This document shows, one piece after another, positions 51,698 to 60,973 of a stretch of DNA of 64,000 nt. Under the pieces are notes generated by a model that did not search any database, was not told the DNA's origin, and saw nothing but the letters and a program-made list of their open reading frames with translations. A program made the position numbers and the translations under genes. This DNA comes from Candidatus Bathyarchaeota archaeon (GTDB lineage Archaea > Thermoproteota > Bathyarchaeia > Bathyarchaeales > Bathycorpusculaceae), in contig OY969706.1 in NCBI GenBank assembly GCA_963702095.1, positions 2,592,001 to 2,656,000 of the forward strand, written 5' to 3'. How positions within the stretch are numbered: position 1 is the stretch's first letter; the number at the start of each line of letters is the position of its first letter.

Positions 51698-54046
51698 TTA
51701 CTCCTTGGCTTTCCTGACCATTCTTGGAAGCATTGTAGGATCCGGAATTATTGATTCCTTCCAGTCGTTTGCTTTCAAGATTTCGTTGATTTCATCTTTC
51801 ATTGTGATGGGTATGTCGGCCGTTGTTCTGACAAACTGGTGGATATCTGGGGGCATTACGCCATAGTTGCGTTTGTGGAGATCGATGTAGTGAGTGAGTT
51901 TTCCTGAGCGACCTTTCCATGTATCGTTTGGTCTGAGGCAGAGTTTTGCGATTTGAACCATTGCTTCTTGTGGGGTTTCGACTGTTTGGAAGAGGTGTTC
52001 TGGTGTTGGGCCAACGTTCACTTTGTCGCCTGTGCGTGCATCGTAGACTTCCCAGTTTTCTGGTTTGTCTGATCTGCCCATGAGCATACGGCGGTATTTG
52101 CTTCCGTGGGGGCCGACGAGGACTGGAACACCAAGGCTCCAGAAGCCAGCTGCAATTGAGGCTGCTTTCTGTGAATATGCACCCCAAGCTAAGCCGACTG
52201 CGCCTACACGGTTGTGGATGTAATCGGCGATTTCCTCGTAGTTTCCTCTGAGGTTGCGTTTTGCGAATATGTTTGCAACTTTGATTGCTGCGCCTGCGAT
52301 GTGTGGGTTAGAGACACATGAACCAACGTTGAGGACTCCCCCGGCTTCGAATCCGCCTGGGAATTCTTCGTACAGTGTTTTGCCTTCTTCGTTCTTGTAG
52401 GAGCCTGCGGACATTGCTGAGCAACCGGAAGTTACGACGATGTATCTGCGTAAGGCGAATTCTCTGGCGATGTCGTAGACGTCTTTACCACCGTTTGGAT
52501 AGTTGGCGCATCCGACTAAAGCGACGATACCTGGAATTTCACCCAGTACGATTGGGCCACCGACGCTCCTGATTTCGACGTCTGAAACTGCACCTCTGCC
52601 TGAGCGACAGAAGTTCGTTTCTGCAAGCATCTTCTTTTCGCCGACTTTGAGTATGTAGCTGTGGATTTCTAGTTTAACTGGGCAAGCTTCTTCGCATCTT
52701 CCGCAGCCGATGCATGCTTCGTATAGGTCTGCAAGTTTTGAGTAGTCGCCTTCAGCTGCTGCTTTGATTGCGGGTTCAATCCTGAGGTCTTGTGGGCAGC
52801 TTCTTTGGCACATGTTGCAGTGGCGGCATTTCTTTGCGAGCTCTTTGATTTGATCTAGCTCTGGAAGTGATGATAGTTTCTTGCGCATTGGTGCAACTTT
52901 TTGAGCCACTCTAACAGCTACTTCGCCGACTTTTTCAGGGTCAAGAATTAGGACACCGGGTACTTTGTAGTTAACTAGATCATCGACGATTTGGTCCACT
53001 GGGTCGTTTGTGCGGTCTTTGTAGCCTATACAGTTTTTCTCTGATGCTGCAATGACTGGTGCTTTGACACGTTCAGCTTCTAGGTTACAGTCAGTTCGGA
53101 CACATTGCTCGTCTAGAACGACTACGTCTGCGAATCCACCGCGTATATAGCGGAGTTCCCAGGAGATTGGACCAACGATTTTTGCTCGGTCGTAGTATCT
53201 TGTGTTGTCGATAGCAGTGCAACATAGACCTACAACTTCCATTTTGTCGTCAAGTTTCTGGTCTTTCATGTAGTCAATAATTCCGACGGAAGGCACAACG
53301 TTGTGTCCAATGCACATGATGACTGGCTTTGTGTTATCAACTGTTCCGATACCCATCTTGATTAATGGAGCTTCAGGGTCTGCTTTTGGAAAGCCTAAAG
53401 TCGAAATTTGTGCAAGGTCGGCTATTTCCATACCTACTTGGTCCATTCTGCCTGCGTGGAATGCTTTGGACTCAAAGTCTAAATTGTTTGATTCTTGACC
53501 GGTGTGTGCAGCAGAAACTAAGTGGGTAATTTGTGATTCGGTGTATGATAAAATGTCGTCTAAATCGCCGAGAGTTTCAGGTTTTACTCCGGTGATAAGC
53601 CTAGTGACGGGGGCTTCAACCTTAACGTTTAAACCGCCTACGTTAAGTGGATATTTTCGACCGTATATCTCAATTAAGTGGTCAACCACATGTCGAGCGT
53701 GCCCGTTGTGGGTGGCAGCTCCAATGCAGCAAGCAATGAGCACGATACGTGACGATTGGTCTGCTATGTTGAGCCCGCACGCGCCGCGTTTTCCAGCTGT
53801 TAGGTCACATTTACCGTATGTGCACAAGCAGCAGAGATCACAGTCGGGCAAGTAGAAGGGCTTGTATTTGTTGAGCAGTTTCATATCCCAGTCGCGTAGG
53901 GTAGTTATGTGGGGCATCGGGGTTGGACCCATTGGTTCATCCCAGTTGTCTGTGACAACCTTGCCAATGGATAACTCGAGGTTTTTTATTAGACCAGCGT
54001 TGGTCTTCATCTCGCCTATTTTTACATGGACGTTTTTACTAGTCAA
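51698..54046 (-). CDS. cdhA: ACDS CO dehydrogenase alpha subunit
   Basis: GPTP.P, CDLCCLCTYGKC, GHNV, CCT, DEQC, two extra 4Fe-4S motifs, GSCVSN, WGAYSQK. Confidence 0.97.
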   Translation of the reverse strand: MTSKNVHVKIGEMKTNAGLIKNLELSIGKVVTDNWDEPMGPTPMPHITTLRDWDMKLLNKYKPFYLPDCDLCCLCTYGKCDLTAGKRGACGLNIADQSSRIVLIACCIGAATHNGHARHVVDHLIEIYGRKYPLNVGGLNVKVEAPVTRLITGVKPETLGDLDDILSYTESQITHLVSAAHTGQESNNLDFESKAFHAGRMDQVGMEIADLAQISTLGFPKADPEAPLIKMGIGTVDNTKPVIMCIGHNVVPSVGIIDYMKDQKLDDKMEVVGLCCTAIDNTRYYDRAKIVGPISWELRYIRGGFADVVVLDEQCVRTDCNLEAERVKAPVIAASEKNCIGYKDRTNDPVDQIVDDLVNYKVPGVLILDPEKVGEVAVRVAQKVAPMRKKLSSLPELDQIKELAKKCRHCNMCQRSCPQDLRIEPAIKAAAEGDYSKLADLYEACIGCGRCEEACPVKLEIHSYILKVGEKKMLAETNFCRSGRGAVSDVEIRSVGGPIVLGEIPGIVALVGCANYPNGGKDVYDIAREFALRRYIVVTSGCSAMSAGSYKNEEGKTLYEEFPGGFEAGGVLNVGSCVSNPHIAGAAIKVANIFAKRNLRGNYEEIADYIHNRVGAVGLAWGAYSQKAASIAAGFWSLGVPVLVGPHGSKYRRMLMGRSDKPENWEVYDARTGDKVNVGPTPEHLFQTVETPQEAMVQIAKLCLRPNDTWKGRSGKLTHYIDLHKRNYGVMPPDIHQFVRTTADIPITMKDEINEILKANDWKESIIPDPTMLPRMVRKAKE

Positions 54047-54181
54047 ATTGAGAACCTCTGTAAAGGTTTACCTCTAAACTTTCTGACAATGTTTTTAAAC
54101 CTTTCCAGATTTCTTATGCAAAAGTCATGGGGCAGTTAGAGATATGCAAGTTTTAAAAAACTAATGTAAAAGAGAAGTGGA

Positions 54182-54955
54182 CTACAGATAACCCAGCGTA
54201 TTGAGGATTTTTTTAACCGAAAGGTAAGCTTTGTTGTCGTTTGGCAACTCTAAAAGGGATTCGCCGTCGAGAACAAACTGGTCTAATTGCTCGTCCGCCT
54301 TGATTTTACCCAAATATTTGAATTTTAACTCTTCCTCTGCCTGCTTACCCAGTTCTGAGGGGAAACGGTAACCGCCTACTAAGTAAAAGTTTTCGAATTT
54401 CATGTCAACTTCTTTAGCAATTTTGTAAGCACGTCTGACATGATCTTGCGACTTTTTGGAGTGGTCTAATATGTCAAAGATGTCGCTGACGTTACTGGTT
54501 ATGCGGCGGTTTAGGTTTTCCAGCCCAGCAGGAGAATCGACGATTACGTACTTGTATGTTTTAGTCAAGCTTTCCAAGGCGCCTTTGAGTGCGCTGTTAG
54601 GCATGCAGTAGCATCCTTCCACCCATTTGTTGCCCACAGCCATAAAATCGAAATGTTTGGTTTCATAGAGCCCCTTTTCCCAAATACGAGCTTCGATACG
54701 CTGAGTTGGGGGAACGCCGACTGTGGTGCCGCCAGTTTCGATGAAGGTGCTTACAATGAGGTCTGCTATGGTTGATTTACCTGCTTCTTTGAGGTCCACA
54801 CCCAACATTTCACCAAGGTTTTGGTCAGGGTCAGCATCAACCAATAGGATGGGAGATTGATTGGATTCGATGAATGCCTTTGCCATTAAGGCGGTGAAAC
54901 TGGATTTTCCGGTTCCACCACGACCGACAGTAACAAGAGTTTTCATATCTAACAA
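54182..54955 (-). CDS. cooC: CO dehydrogenase/ACS nickel-insertion ATPase (CooC/AcsF)
   Basis: GRGGTGKS, DADPD.NL, GCYC, DSPAGLE. Confidence 0.9.
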   Translation of the reverse strand: MLDMKTLVTVGRGGTGKSSFTALMAKAFIESNQSPILLVDADPDQNLGEMLGVDLKEAGKSTIADLIVSTFIETGGTTVGVPPTQRIEARIWEKGLYETKHFDFMAVGNKWVEGCYCMPNSALKGALESLTKTYKYVIVDSPAGLENLNRRITSNVSDIFDILDHSKKSQDHVRRAYKIAKEVDMKFENFYLVGGYRFPSELGKQAEEELKFKYLGKIKADEQLDQFVLDGESLLELPNDNKAYLSVKKILNTLGYL

Positions 54956-55081
54956 ACCTCAAAGAGAGTTTGCTATTTTTTAAAGCAAAGCTCGCATATA
55001 TTGTCTATGGTTCTTAACCCTAACTTTTGACCTGTTTTTAGCTACACTTAGCACTGCAAAAGGGTAATTTAAACCAAAAAA

Positions 55082-55654
55082 TCAAGGCGTTTGTTCGCCA
55101 GATCTGCCAATACGCGCCGCATCATCTTTAATGCCCTGCAATTGTTCAGCAGTCGGTTTACCCCTAATGTCGCCCAGTCTGCCTTGAGTGCTGTATTCTT
55201 TTTGACCATGGAATTCACTTAGAACATACCATTCAGCAACAACACTAAAGCCAATGTGATCAAAGTATTGCCCAATATCTTTGCCGACGGGAGTTGCCTC
55301 AGCGATTCCCGTGTGAGGACCTGAGTAGGTAACGAAAACTATGGCTTTTTTACCTTGATATTTTGGGGCGCCGAGCTTGATTTTTCCGTTTTCTCGGTAG
55401 TAATTGAATTTTTTCTTAAGAAAAGCAGTTATCTGTTCGGGAGGATGCCAAGAATGGGAAGGGCAGCCTACGCAAACTAGATCGTAGTCGAAAAAGTCCA
55501 TGTTTTCGGCTTCCTCAGGCTTCTTTAGGGTTACGTGGAGGTTGGCTTCTTCTAGTCCCTGCTTTATGGCGTTGGCTACTTTCTCTGTGTTACCGGTTTT
55601 TGACCAGTAGATTATCAGTGCAGTTTCAAGTTTCTTAAATTCATATGGCTTCAT
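55082..55654 (-). CDS. Flavodoxin domain protein
   Basis: YWSKTGNTEKVA, YDLVCVGCP. Confidence 0.85.
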   Translation of the reverse strand: MKPYEFKKLETALIIYWSKTGNTEKVANAIKQGLEEANLHVTLKKPEEAENMDFFDYDLVCVGCPSHSWHPPEQITAFLKKKFNYYRENGKIKLGAPKYQGKKAIVFVTYSGPHTGIAEATPVGKDIGQYFDHIGFSVVAEWYVLSEFHGQKEYSTQGRLGDIRGKPTAEQLQGIKDDAARIGRSGEQTP

Positions 55655-55714
55655 TGTTGGTTCGCCTGATTAGTCATGCTATGCTGTTTCTGTTACATGT
55701 TGTGCTTTATAATA

Positions 55715-55890
55715 GTAGATCAAAATTTGGGCTTTTTTGTTTTTTTAGTGTTAGATGAAAGCAGAGCAGCCCTTGCTCTTCTTCTTCCTATGGACTGTGT
55801 GGGCATTGTGCTTTGCGTTCTGCAACGGATTTGGGTTGCTGGCTGGTTGTGGAGCAAACTACAAGCAGAACCGAAGAAGCTTTGACCTAC
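55715..55890 (-). mobile_element. Dispersed MITE-like element, family 1, copy C
   Basis: Ends gtagatcaaaattt ... agctttgacctac; 176 bp, colinear with 175-bp copy A. Confidence 0.78.
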
Positions 55891-55897
55891 GGTTAAA

Positions 55898-56045
55898 TGG
55901 AAGATTGCAATTGGGGGCGGTTGCATTTGGGGTTTGCATGTGATTGCTGTTTTTGCAGTTAGTATGTTGCTAACTTTATTGGTGCGATTGCGTCGAAAAA
56001 ACGTGGATTGCATGGGTAGCCACAGCATGTTGGGCTCTCAAACAA
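55898..56045 (-). repeat. Dispersed element, family 3, copy 3 (diverged), abutting copy C
   Basis: aagattgcaattgggggcggttgcatttggggtttgca matches 14332-14368 aagattggttgaggggcggttgctttctgggtttgca. Confidence 0.6.
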
Positions 56046-56082
56046 CAAACCATAAGAACGCACACAAACAACAAGAACTTGT

Positions 56083-57078
56083 ATGACAAAACTGCTCTTG
56101 GTCGCCTGTATAGTAACCTTGTGTAGTCTTTTAGCAGTCCCTCTGATGACGCTACCATTGCCTACTCTTGAGGATAAACCCCAAACGACACCACAAAGCA
56201 TCCAACAGCCAACTCCACCACCTCCTGTTGAGTCAACTCCTACACAAAGCCCGTCACAGCCGCCTAAAAGCACACCCACAAGTACGTCTCAGACCACCCC
56301 CTATCCCTATCAACCCCCTACACCCCCAAATGCTCAACGACCGATTAACCGCAGTCTAAGTGAGGCGGTGGGGAACGCCACTGACTACTTGGCACAAACA
56401 AAGGAGCCCTATGCTCTGCTGATGCTTGATGTAATTCATCGGCGTTTTGGGATAGACGAATTTAACGATTCTTTACAGGTTTTTGATGCACAACTGGCGA
56501 CTAACCGACCGGACGCGCCTATTCAACGAGTATTTCGCCGTATTGCCGATTATTCTAACCCAGCGTTGCAGCCTACAGATTTCTATGTGGTACACTTCGA
56601 CCTTGACTGCGTGACGGTCCCCGCTCTGTATTCTGACCGAATAAACCTGCCTGACGATTATTCGTCAACCTTCACAAGCGCCGTTGGCAACGGAGGCTAC
56701 TTATTGACACATGCATTACTGGCGACTATTTGGTTTAAAGACAACCACTATAACCTGGGTTTCTCAGATAATTCCATGCAATATCTTTACCGTGCAAACT
56801 CTGCATTAATCGGCGGCGACTCAGTGGTTACGGACCTCGAATTGGAAGCCGCCGCGTTCCTCTACTTGGCGGGGCAAGGCGAACTGGTTAACGACGCCTT
56901 CGTCCAACACGTCATTGCAGCCCAGAATTATGACGGCGGCTGGTCTTCCTCAAGCGACTCTGCGGATAGCTCATTTTGGCACACCTCAGTTTTGGGACTG
57001 ATGCTATTACTGCATGTGGAATATCCTGCTTCATATTATCCGCCGATGCTGGCGTCTGCACCAGATTACAATGGATAA
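56083..57078 (+). CDS. Exported protein with Pro/Thr/Gln linker and alpha-helical prenyltransferase-like repeat
   Basis: Signal/anchor peptide, PTQ-rich linker, YLLTHALL and QNYDGGW motifs. Confidence 0.7.
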   Translation: MTKLLLVACIVTLCSLLAVPLMTLPLPTLEDKPQTTPQSIQQPTPPPPVESTPTQSPSQPPKSTPTSTSQTTPYPYQPPTPPNAQRPINRSLSEAVGNATDYLAQTKEPYALLMLDVIHRRFGIDEFNDSLQVFDAQLATNRPDAPIQRVFRRIADYSNPALQPTDFYVVHFDLDCVTVPALYSDRINLPDDYSSTFTSAVGNGGYLLTHALLATIWFKDNHYNLGFSDNSMQYLYRANSALIGGDSVVTDLELEAAAFLYLAGQGELVNDAFVQHVIAAQNYDGGWSSSSDSADSSFWHTSVLGLMLLLHVEYPASYYPPMLASAPDYNG

Positions 57079-57191
57079 AAACCATGCAAAAGCACCAAGT
57101 ATTCCGCATCACCCAAAGATGGTTGGTCGTTAATTGAATAACAAATTTCAAATATGAGCCCCCGAACATAAGACGACAGGTGCAGTTAACA

Positions 57192-58265
57192 ATGGGTAAC
57201 GATTACTTTAGCAAGAAACTTGAACCAATCAAAGTTACCAAACAAAAACCAATCTCACAGTTACTGAAAGAAATGAGCAAAACCGCGTATCAAGGCCGCA
57301 AACTAGGCGAAGCCGTCGACGTATGGGAAAACATGATTAAAGAAAAAGACATCGTCATCGCAATGGGTTTCGCGGGTTCCATGTCTACGGCGGGTCAGTG
57401 GACAATCGTCAACTGGCTCATCGAAAACCGTTTCATCGACGTCTTAGTCTCTACTGGCGCAAACGTTTCTGAGGACATCGTGGACGCAATGGGACTTGGC
57501 TACTATCAGGGCAGCCACATGGTTGACGACTCACAATTGCTCCACGACGATGTTAACCGCTACTACGATGTTTACGGCAAAGAAACTGACTACCGCAAAA
57601 TGGAAGATGTAGTAACAGACTACGTTATGACCTGTAAGGAAGAGTACATGTACACTTCAGCAGAGTTCCTAAATGGACTCGGCAGGTACCTTGGAAAGAA
57701 AAAGATTCCCGCTATCTCTGCGGTTGCAGCAGCCAACGGCGTCCCAATTTTTAGCCCCGCTATGGTTGACAGTGCATACGGCGAAACCTTCCTCCTTGCA
57801 AAGAACAAAGGCCACAACGTCCACATCGACAGCGTCAAAGAATTCGACCAATTCGTCAGTATAGGCACAAAAACCAAAGAAGTCGGCGTAATCTACATCG
57901 GCGGAGGCGTCCCCAAAGACCTAACCCAACTCATCGCTATATCCGTCTCTCCGATGACTGAGGACCAAGGAGTTAAAGGCAGAAAAGGCGGCTTACGCAA
58001 GAGCATACAAGAATACTATTACCCCCATAAATATGCCATCCAAATCACCACTGACTCCCCGCAATGGGGCGGCTTAAGCGGATGCACACTTGAAGAGGCG
58101 ATTAGCTGGGGTAAAATCAACAGCCAAACCGGCACCCGCGCGGTCTGCTACTGCGACGCAACCATCGCTTTGCCGCTGATATGCCACGCACTGGCTGAAC
58201 GCGTCCCTGAGAAGCGGAAGGGTCCAGACATGAGCTGGATCTTCAAAGACATGCCAAAAGCGTAA
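57192..58265 (+). CDS. Deoxyhypusine synthase-like protein (long paralog)
   Basis: YQGRKLG, STGAN, IGGGVPKD, GGLSGCTLEEAISWGK, DATIALP. Confidence 0.9.
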   Translation: MGNDYFSKKLEPIKVTKQKPISQLLKEMSKTAYQGRKLGEAVDVWENMIKEKDIVIAMGFAGSMSTAGQWTIVNWLIENRFIDVLVSTGANVSEDIVDAMGLGYYQGSHMVDDSQLLHDDVNRYYDVYGKETDYRKMEDVVTDYVMTCKEEYMYTSAEFLNGLGRYLGKKKIPAISAVAAANGVPIFSPAMVDSAYGETFLLAKNKGHNVHIDSVKEFDQFVSIGTKTKEVGVIYIGGGVPKDLTQLIAISVSPMTEDQGVKGRKGGLRKSIQEYYYPHKYAIQITTDSPQWGGLSGCTLEEAISWGKINSQTGTRAVCYCDATIALPLICHALAERVPEKRKGPDMSWIFKDMPKA

Positions 58266-58275
58266 GGAAAAATTT

Positions 58276-59244
58276 TTATTTTTTCCTATTTTTATTTAAT
58301 CGGTCAATTAGGGCGCTTGTCATTACGGGCATGACCATTGTGGCGTCGCCTTCGATCATCGTCATCTTTGCTTTTTCGTTGATTTTGCCCCAGCTTACTG
58401 CTTCGCGGGGTCGGGCGCCGCTTAGGCTTCCATCCCACTCATCTGCAGTAGAAATGTAGACGACGTAGTCTAAGCCGTCTTTGAATTGGTTCCACCAGAT
58501 CGTGTGGTGCTTGCTGATGCCTCCGCCGACGATGAGGGCACCGGTTTTTTTGGCGTCGAAGACGAGGTTGTTTAGGTATTCTTCGTCTTTTAGGATGTTT
58601 ATGCGGAAGTCTTTGTGGTCTTGGCTAAAGAACCAGTATTGGTAACCGACTGAGCCGTCGGTTGGACCGGGGACGATTATGGGTATGTCGTTTTTGGCTG
58701 CCCAGTAGAGGATAGAGGACTCGTTGCAGCAGCGTAGTCCGATTTCCCGGTTGATTTCGGCGGTTGAGAATTCTTTTTTGCCCTCACTGTAGAGTTGTTC
58801 GAGCATGGGAATGATTTTTTTCTCGATTACGATGCCGTAGCTGTCGTTTGGCACCAGCACGTTGCCCAAGCGGTTGACGCCTTCTTGATGCAGTTTGCTG
58901 TCGCTCATGATGAAGCTGCCTTTGTAGTAGTCTCTCCAGCACCGGGCGACATCGTGGTCGAGTGTGCCGCAAGTGGTGATGATGACGTCTACGAGTTTGC
59001 GTTTCACCAGCTCCCGGATGACGCCTCTTGTGCCGGTGGCGATGATGTCGGCGGTGAATGAGAGGAATTTGACGCATTGCTTGTCCTCTATCATAGCCTC
59101 CATTATGTTGACGCCTGTGGCAAGTTTACCAGCGGTGAAACCCCACGCAGACTCCATCTGACCCACCAGTTCGTCGACGGTCATGTTTTCTGTGAACTGG
59201 TAATCTTTCACTGCGATTTTGTGTGCTTCACGCGTTTTAGGCAT
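58276..59244 (-). CDS. dys: Deoxyhypusine synthase
   Basis: GFTAG, TTCG.LDHD, NRLGN, GGGISKHH, DGSLSGARPREAVSWGK, GDAT. Confidence 0.94.
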   Translation of the reverse strand: MPKTREAHKIAVKDYQFTENMTVDELVGQMESAWGFTAGKLATGVNIMEAMIEDKQCVKFLSFTADIIATGTRGVIRELVKRKLVDVIITTCGTLDHDVARCWRDYYKGSFIMSDSKLHQEGVNRLGNVLVPNDSYGIVIEKKIIPMLEQLYSEGKKEFSTAEINREIGLRCCNESSILYWAAKNDIPIIVPGPTDGSVGYQYWFFSQDHKDFRINILKDEEYLNNLVFDAKKTGALIVGGGISKHHTIWWNQFKDGLDYVVYISTADEWDGSLSGARPREAVSWGKINEKAKMTMIEGDATMVMPVMTSALIDRLNKNRKK

Positions 59245-59321
59245 ATACCTTGTCTCCGATGCAGAGGTTAAACAAGTAAGGAGATAAATAGGTTTAGAAA
59301 AACCGTCGCTTATTCAGGCGT

Positions 59322-59495
59322 TTGTTTTTCTATTGTTTGTTGTTGCTGAGGATCTCCTATGCACAACAACAACCAGCGGTTTGTGCCGTCGATTGCTTTT
59401 GGCGAAATGCGTCTGTTTTAAGCTGCCTGTTGGTTGTGGCGGATTCCGCAAGCAACCCCGCAAGCAGAAGCGTCTGTTGCTCTGCTGCCACCTAC
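59322..59495 (-). repeat. Dispersed element, family 2, copy G
   Basis: Reverse complement gcttgcggaatccgccacaacca...gccaaaagcaatc...gctggttgttgttgtgcatagg...gcaacaacaa.caatagaaaaac. Confidence 0.82.
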
Positions 59496-59609
59496 CTTTC
59501 GGGAAAACCTCCGACTACACGTCAGCTATAAGAAACGCCAACTATAAGAAAATCGCCAAACCAATAAAAACAGGAAATGCTTAATCAAACGAAAGTTTAC
59601 CTCTTCTGG

Positions 59610-60478
59610 TCAAGGACCTAACCCTGTTTTTCGGTGTCGCATGTAGAGAAAAACGGCGATAGCGACCAGTAAAACTACAATGGTGACAGCGGTGATTTCG
59701 GCTATGAGTGTTGAGAGGGGAATGGTGGTTGTGTCTGGTGGAGTTGCTATGGTGTCGGTGTTGGAGTCAGCGGTGAAGGGGTTGGTGTGGCAGTGGGTGC
59801 TGGGGATGTTGGATTAGGTGAGTGTGATGGACCTGGACCAGAAGGAAGCTTCTGGTTGCCTAATGGTAATCTTGTTTGGGTTCCATCGTCATTAAATACT
59901 ACATGAGATACATCGCCGGGGAAAAATAGAAAGATGGCTTCTGATCTATCGTCGTTCAGGAAGTAAATAGCCCGTTCAATTCCGCTGCCGCCAAAAAAGT
60001 CCGGAGCTCCAGCGATTTTGTTGAATTCGGATTCTAAAGCTCTGTTCTTAACTTCGCCTTCTAAAGCGCTTATTTCTTTGCTGTCATATAGTTCTGCTGC
60101 CTGTTCAGCACTTAATCTGGGCTGATCTTCTGGTAGGTCTCCGATGGCGATAAGGACGGGTCGTCTCCATTCGCCTGGCAAACCAATACTCTTGTCAGCA
60201 ATAATTTTGTCCAGTTCTTCTTTTTGCTCACTGGTTGCCTTGGCATATGCCGACTCATAGAATGAAACGTTCGAATCGTTAATGATTGGAGGCGGGGATG
60301 TGTATGATGCAAGACCTGAGTAAAATATTGAGAATGTAACTGAAAGAACAAGCGTGACTGTGATTGCCGCAGCAATTGGTAGGGAGTGACGTTTCAGTCT
60401 TGTCGTTAAGGGCATTTGGGGTTGCGGGCAATAATCTATGAGATTTTTAATCCTTTTTTGTATATTCATCTTCTTCAC
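59610..60478 (-). CDS. Membrane protein with N-terminal YCP motif, TM, extracellular domain, PT linker; C-terminal anchor frameshifted near 59751
   Basis: ORF stops at 59747, but the other frame continues IATPPDTTTIPLSTLIAEITAVTIVVLLVAIAVFLYMRHRKTGLGP to TGA at 59610. Confidence 0.7.
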
Positions 60479-60932
60479 CGGTTATTTTATCGAAAAGTGC
60501 TTCGGCGAGTTTGGATGGCAAAATCTTGCTTGTATCATCTAAGAGCAGGAAGTTGCGGTCTTTGGCTTCTGCCAGTAAAGTGTTTCTGCATGTTTCTAGC
60601 TTTTTGCATTTTTCGCAGTCGCCTTCGTGCTTATACCAAACTTGGACGCCATTCTTGGCGGAGAAGGTTACAAAAGCTGGGGTTTTAAAGGGGTTGCTGT
60701 ATCCTTTGAGAAAGCCCCGTTCAGCATTGAGGGTTTCAATGTCGATTTTGTTGATTTTTGCGACTTCTTGGAGGGCATCGCCGATTTTTAGGTTGGCAAT
60801 ATCGAGCGACTTGTGAACTGTTTGGCGTGTGACGTTTAATTTCCGTCCAATTTGTACTTCTTGAAGTCCGCTGCTTTTAAGGTCCCAGATGATTTTTTGC
60901 TTGGGCGTTAGGTATCCGAAGCTCAGAGTCAT
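60447..60932 (-). CDS. HTH (sigma-70 region 4-like) regulator with C-terminal HxxxCxxC...C putative Zn site
   Basis: LTPKQKIIW...QIGRKLNVTRQTVHKSL; WYKHEGDCEKCKKLETC. Confidence 0.8.
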   Translation of the reverse strand: MTLSFGYLTPKQKIIWDLKSSGLQEVQIGRKLNVTRQTVHKSLDIANLKIGDALQEVAKINKIDIETLNAERGFLKGYSNPFKTPAFVTFSAKNGVQVWYKHEGDCEKCKKLETCRNTLLAEAKDRNFLLLDDTSKILPSKLAEALFDKITGEEDEYTKKD

Positions 60933-60941
60933 TTTCCAATC

Positions 60942-60973
60942 CTGTAAGCTACTAACAGCTTACAGTGTAAGCT
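60942..60973. promoter_or_regulatory. Triple TGTAAGCT/AGCTTACA operator-like array
   Basis: ctgtaagct-N6-agcttacag and agcttaca-g-tgtaagct, 10-40 nt upstream of the HTH gene start and downstream of a TTATA box (~60990, minus strand). Confidence 0.65.

Noticed and set aside
47044-54955. ACDS operon as a novel system or as evidence of methanogenesis
   Set aside because: It is a canonical archaeal Wood-Ljungdahl cluster, and there are no mcr/mtr genes in the window.
59526-59560. Short tandem repeat ctataagaaa(at)cgccaa x2
   Set aside because: Only two imperfect copies next to element G; insufficient support for a function.
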